Virus record (IMG/VR): IMGVR_UViG_3300030333_004050
Strand: one strand, 5' to 3'
Source of the DNA: an uncultured virus (IMG/VR IMGVR_UViG_3300030333_004050)
Lineage: Duplodnaviria; Heunggongvirae; Uroviricota; Caudoviricetes
DNA: 64,000 bases
The position numbers were made by a program, and so were the translations under genes. Shown piece by piece: positions 62,241 to 64,000 of this stretch. Under the pieces are notes generated by a model. It was given only the letters and a program-made list of their open reading frames with translations, did not search any database and was not told the DNA's origin. Within the stretch, counting starts at the first letter, position 1; each line of letters opens with the position of its first letter.

Positions 62241-63071
62241 ATGGTGAGAGTAAATACTCCGTCTTCCGAAGTGTCGCGCGCGGCCAACATTACGGTCTTC
62301 GCTGACGACATGGTGGAGTTCCTCAAGTCGGTTCATCTCGACGACCCACCGACCCCAGTGAGGATTCTATTCGACAACGACGGCATCTCGGTTTGGACTA
62401 CCAATCAAACTCGGACTTTGCAGGTATTCGCTGACAGGTGGGATATGGAGAGTTATAACATTGAAGCCCCATGTGTCATTCTCGTCAATCCGAAAGAACT
62501 CTCAGATATGCTTCAAACCAAAAGCAGGGGTCAAATCATATCCATTCGTGCTGATGCACACACGGCCATTGAAGTGACTAACTCCGGTGGCGGTGGCTTC
62601 TCCATCATGCCTGCCGACGAGGACGAGTGTCTGACTATACCCGACCGATGGGTCTTGCCTGTCAAGGACGGAGAGAGGATATTCCCGATGTTCCGCAACG
62701 AGAAGGCGGACTGGGTGATAGACATAGACATAGCAATGATGCGAGACATTCTCAAGGACATGACAGTGGCGAAAGCCCCGTATGTCGAACTGACCCTCTC
62801 CGAAGACGGGGGCAAAGCCGAGTCCGGCCACTGGACTTCAAAGACAACTCGTTCATGGACGGGCGTTGACTTCGTTTGGGTCAAGCCACACACGACAGAT
62901 TGCACTATCCGCTTCACTGACAACTTGAAGCAAATCCTTAGCACATTCCATAAAGACACGACTTCGGTGAGAATAAGCAAACACCGTGATGGTGCTTTCG
63001 TATTGATGGAAGCAAACAACGGAACGAAGAGTATCTTTGTGTTAGCCACTGAGGCGGTGAAAGAGACATGA
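62241..63071 (+). CDS. Probable DNA sliding clamp (PCNA-like)
   Basis: 276 aa, two-domain beta/alpha pattern (VRILFDNDGISV...ILVNPKELSDML); clamp loader is present in the genome. Confidence 0.6.
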   Translation: MVRVNTPSSEVSRAANITVFADDMVEFLKSVHLDDPPTPVRILFDNDGISVWTTNQTRTLQVFADRWDMESYNIEAPCVILVNPKELSDMLQTKSRGQIISIRADAHTAIEVTNSGGGGFSIMPADEDECLTIPDRWVLPVKDGERIFPMFRNEKADWVIDIDIAMMRDILKDMTVAKAPYVELTLSEDGGKAESGHWTSKTTRSWTGVDFVWVKPHTTDCTIRFTDNLKQILSTFHKDTTSVRISKHRDGAFVLMEANNGTKSIFVLATEAVKET

Positions 63072-63274
63072 GCGAGTTTATTGACAAAGCAAAACAGATA
63101 ATGGGAATGGATGATAACGACATAGAGGCGTTGAGGCTGTCAGTGACAGTAGCACTATTGGCGTCAGCATTGGGTCTGACTGAGGAACAGATAGACTTAG
63201 CATTAGAGCAACGAATGAAGGTCGAGATAAGCCAGGCAGGCGACCAACTCAAGGAACTATTGAAGGGAGAATGA
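63068..63274 (+). CDS. Hypothetical protein
   Basis: ATGA-coupled at both ends. Confidence 0.6.
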   Translation: MSEFIDKAKQIMGMDDNDIEALRLSVTVALLASALGLTEEQIDLALEQRMKVEISQAGDQLKELLKGE

Positions 63275-64000
63275 TGCGATTATCATTCGAGGACTTCGAG
63301 AGCCTTTGTGAAGAACTGGGCTTCACGACATATCCTCGTGCGATAGGCAACCCTCGTCAGCAATTCATTTACACACCCGAAGAAGCGTATGCGGGATTCA
63401 ACGAGTGGAACGGCAACCATTCGTGCTTCATCAGCACACAAGGATATGACAATCTCGGCTACGACGCGCATGGAAAACAACTGCCTTCCGTCATACAGTA
63501 TGGACTCACCTTCTTTGACTTCGACCACGACACTAAACCGGAGAACGCGTATGCGGACGCATGGAATCTATCTCGGTATCTTGAGGAACACGACATTTGT
63601 CATTGGGTTCAGTATTCCGGCTCGAAAGGGTATCACCTTTTCATCGTCCATAAACCAACACGATTCAAGTTCAATCACCAGGACGGTTCGGCAGATTCCC
63701 TACGGAGAATCGTCAATCAGACCCAAACTGAACTCAAGATTTTGCTTAGTTCAAATACTCTCGATGTTCAAACCACTGGCGACCCTAAGCGTCTGTGTCG
63801 TTTTCCCTTTACTCGTCATGTCAACAGACACGGCGAAGTATCGCTTCGACATTGTATGCCGTTGACAAAAGAGATGCTTTCATCCGGCCACGATAATATC
63901 GTTGCTCAGTCTCACCGACCGCGAATGACTGGAGACTATTTAATAGGGCAAAAGAAACTCACTTTGAAAGAACTCATTGAAACTCTAAGTATATCCGTCA
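63271..64000 (+). CDS. Archaeo-eukaryotic primase (PriS-like), 3'-partial
   Basis: Hand translation: motif I FFDFD, motif II YSGSKGYH, motif III LD...GDPKRLCRFP; not in the ORF track because it runs off the window. Confidence 0.85.
   Translation, partial: MMRLSFEDFESLCEELGFTTYPRAIGNPRQQFIYTPEEAYAGFNEWNGNHSCFISTQGYDNLGYDAHGKQLPSVIQYGLTFFDFDHDTKPENAYADAWNLSRYLEEHDICHWVQYSGSKGYHLFIVHKPTRFKFNHQDGSADSLRRIVNQTQTELKILLSSNTLDVQTTGDPKRLCRFPFTRHVNRHGEVSLRHCMPLTKEMLSSGHDNIVAQSHRPRMTGDYLIGQKKLTLKELIETLSISV

Noticed and set aside
63389..63865. 158-aa ORF in the track
   Set aside because: It is an alternative frame overlapping the primase, which has clear AEP motifs.

Overview
This window is about 64 kb of a tailed dsDNA virus genome (Caudoviricetes, siphovirus-like, HK97-type head) with an archaeal-type replisome and archaeal TATA-box, leaderless gene expression. 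Replication genes include PolB, RFC clamp loader, a probable PCNA, an AEP primase, an XPD/DinG-like and an MCM-like helicase, an OB-fold SSB and a Cas4-like nuclease. Morphogenesis genes include terminase, portal, protease/scaffold, MCP, adaptor, tail tube, a frameshifted tail chaperone, tape measure and two giant tail proteins. Accessory genes include GroES/GroEL, ArdC, SprT, an AAA+/vWA pair, a GT4 glycosyltransferase and a 2OG-Fe(II) oxygenase. By gene content it most resembles marine archaeal tailed viruses such as the magroviruses of Marine Group II/Poseidoniales (inference; no search was run). Three promoter classes can be read from the sequence. The main finding is that one repeated TATA promoter cassette drives small leaderless proteins at some sites, but at five sites it drives ORF-less structured RNAs. 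These RNAs start exactly 27 nt after the TATA box and are closed by a 5'/3' terminal stem. Three begin with AUG followed directly by a stop codon, two share an identical 23-nt hairpin, and one is a tRNA mimic with a truncated anticodon arm. A sixth, pseudoknot-like RNA follows a class II promoter. Several 4-bp palindromes also appear to be strongly avoided. All protein calls rest on recognising motifs by eye.
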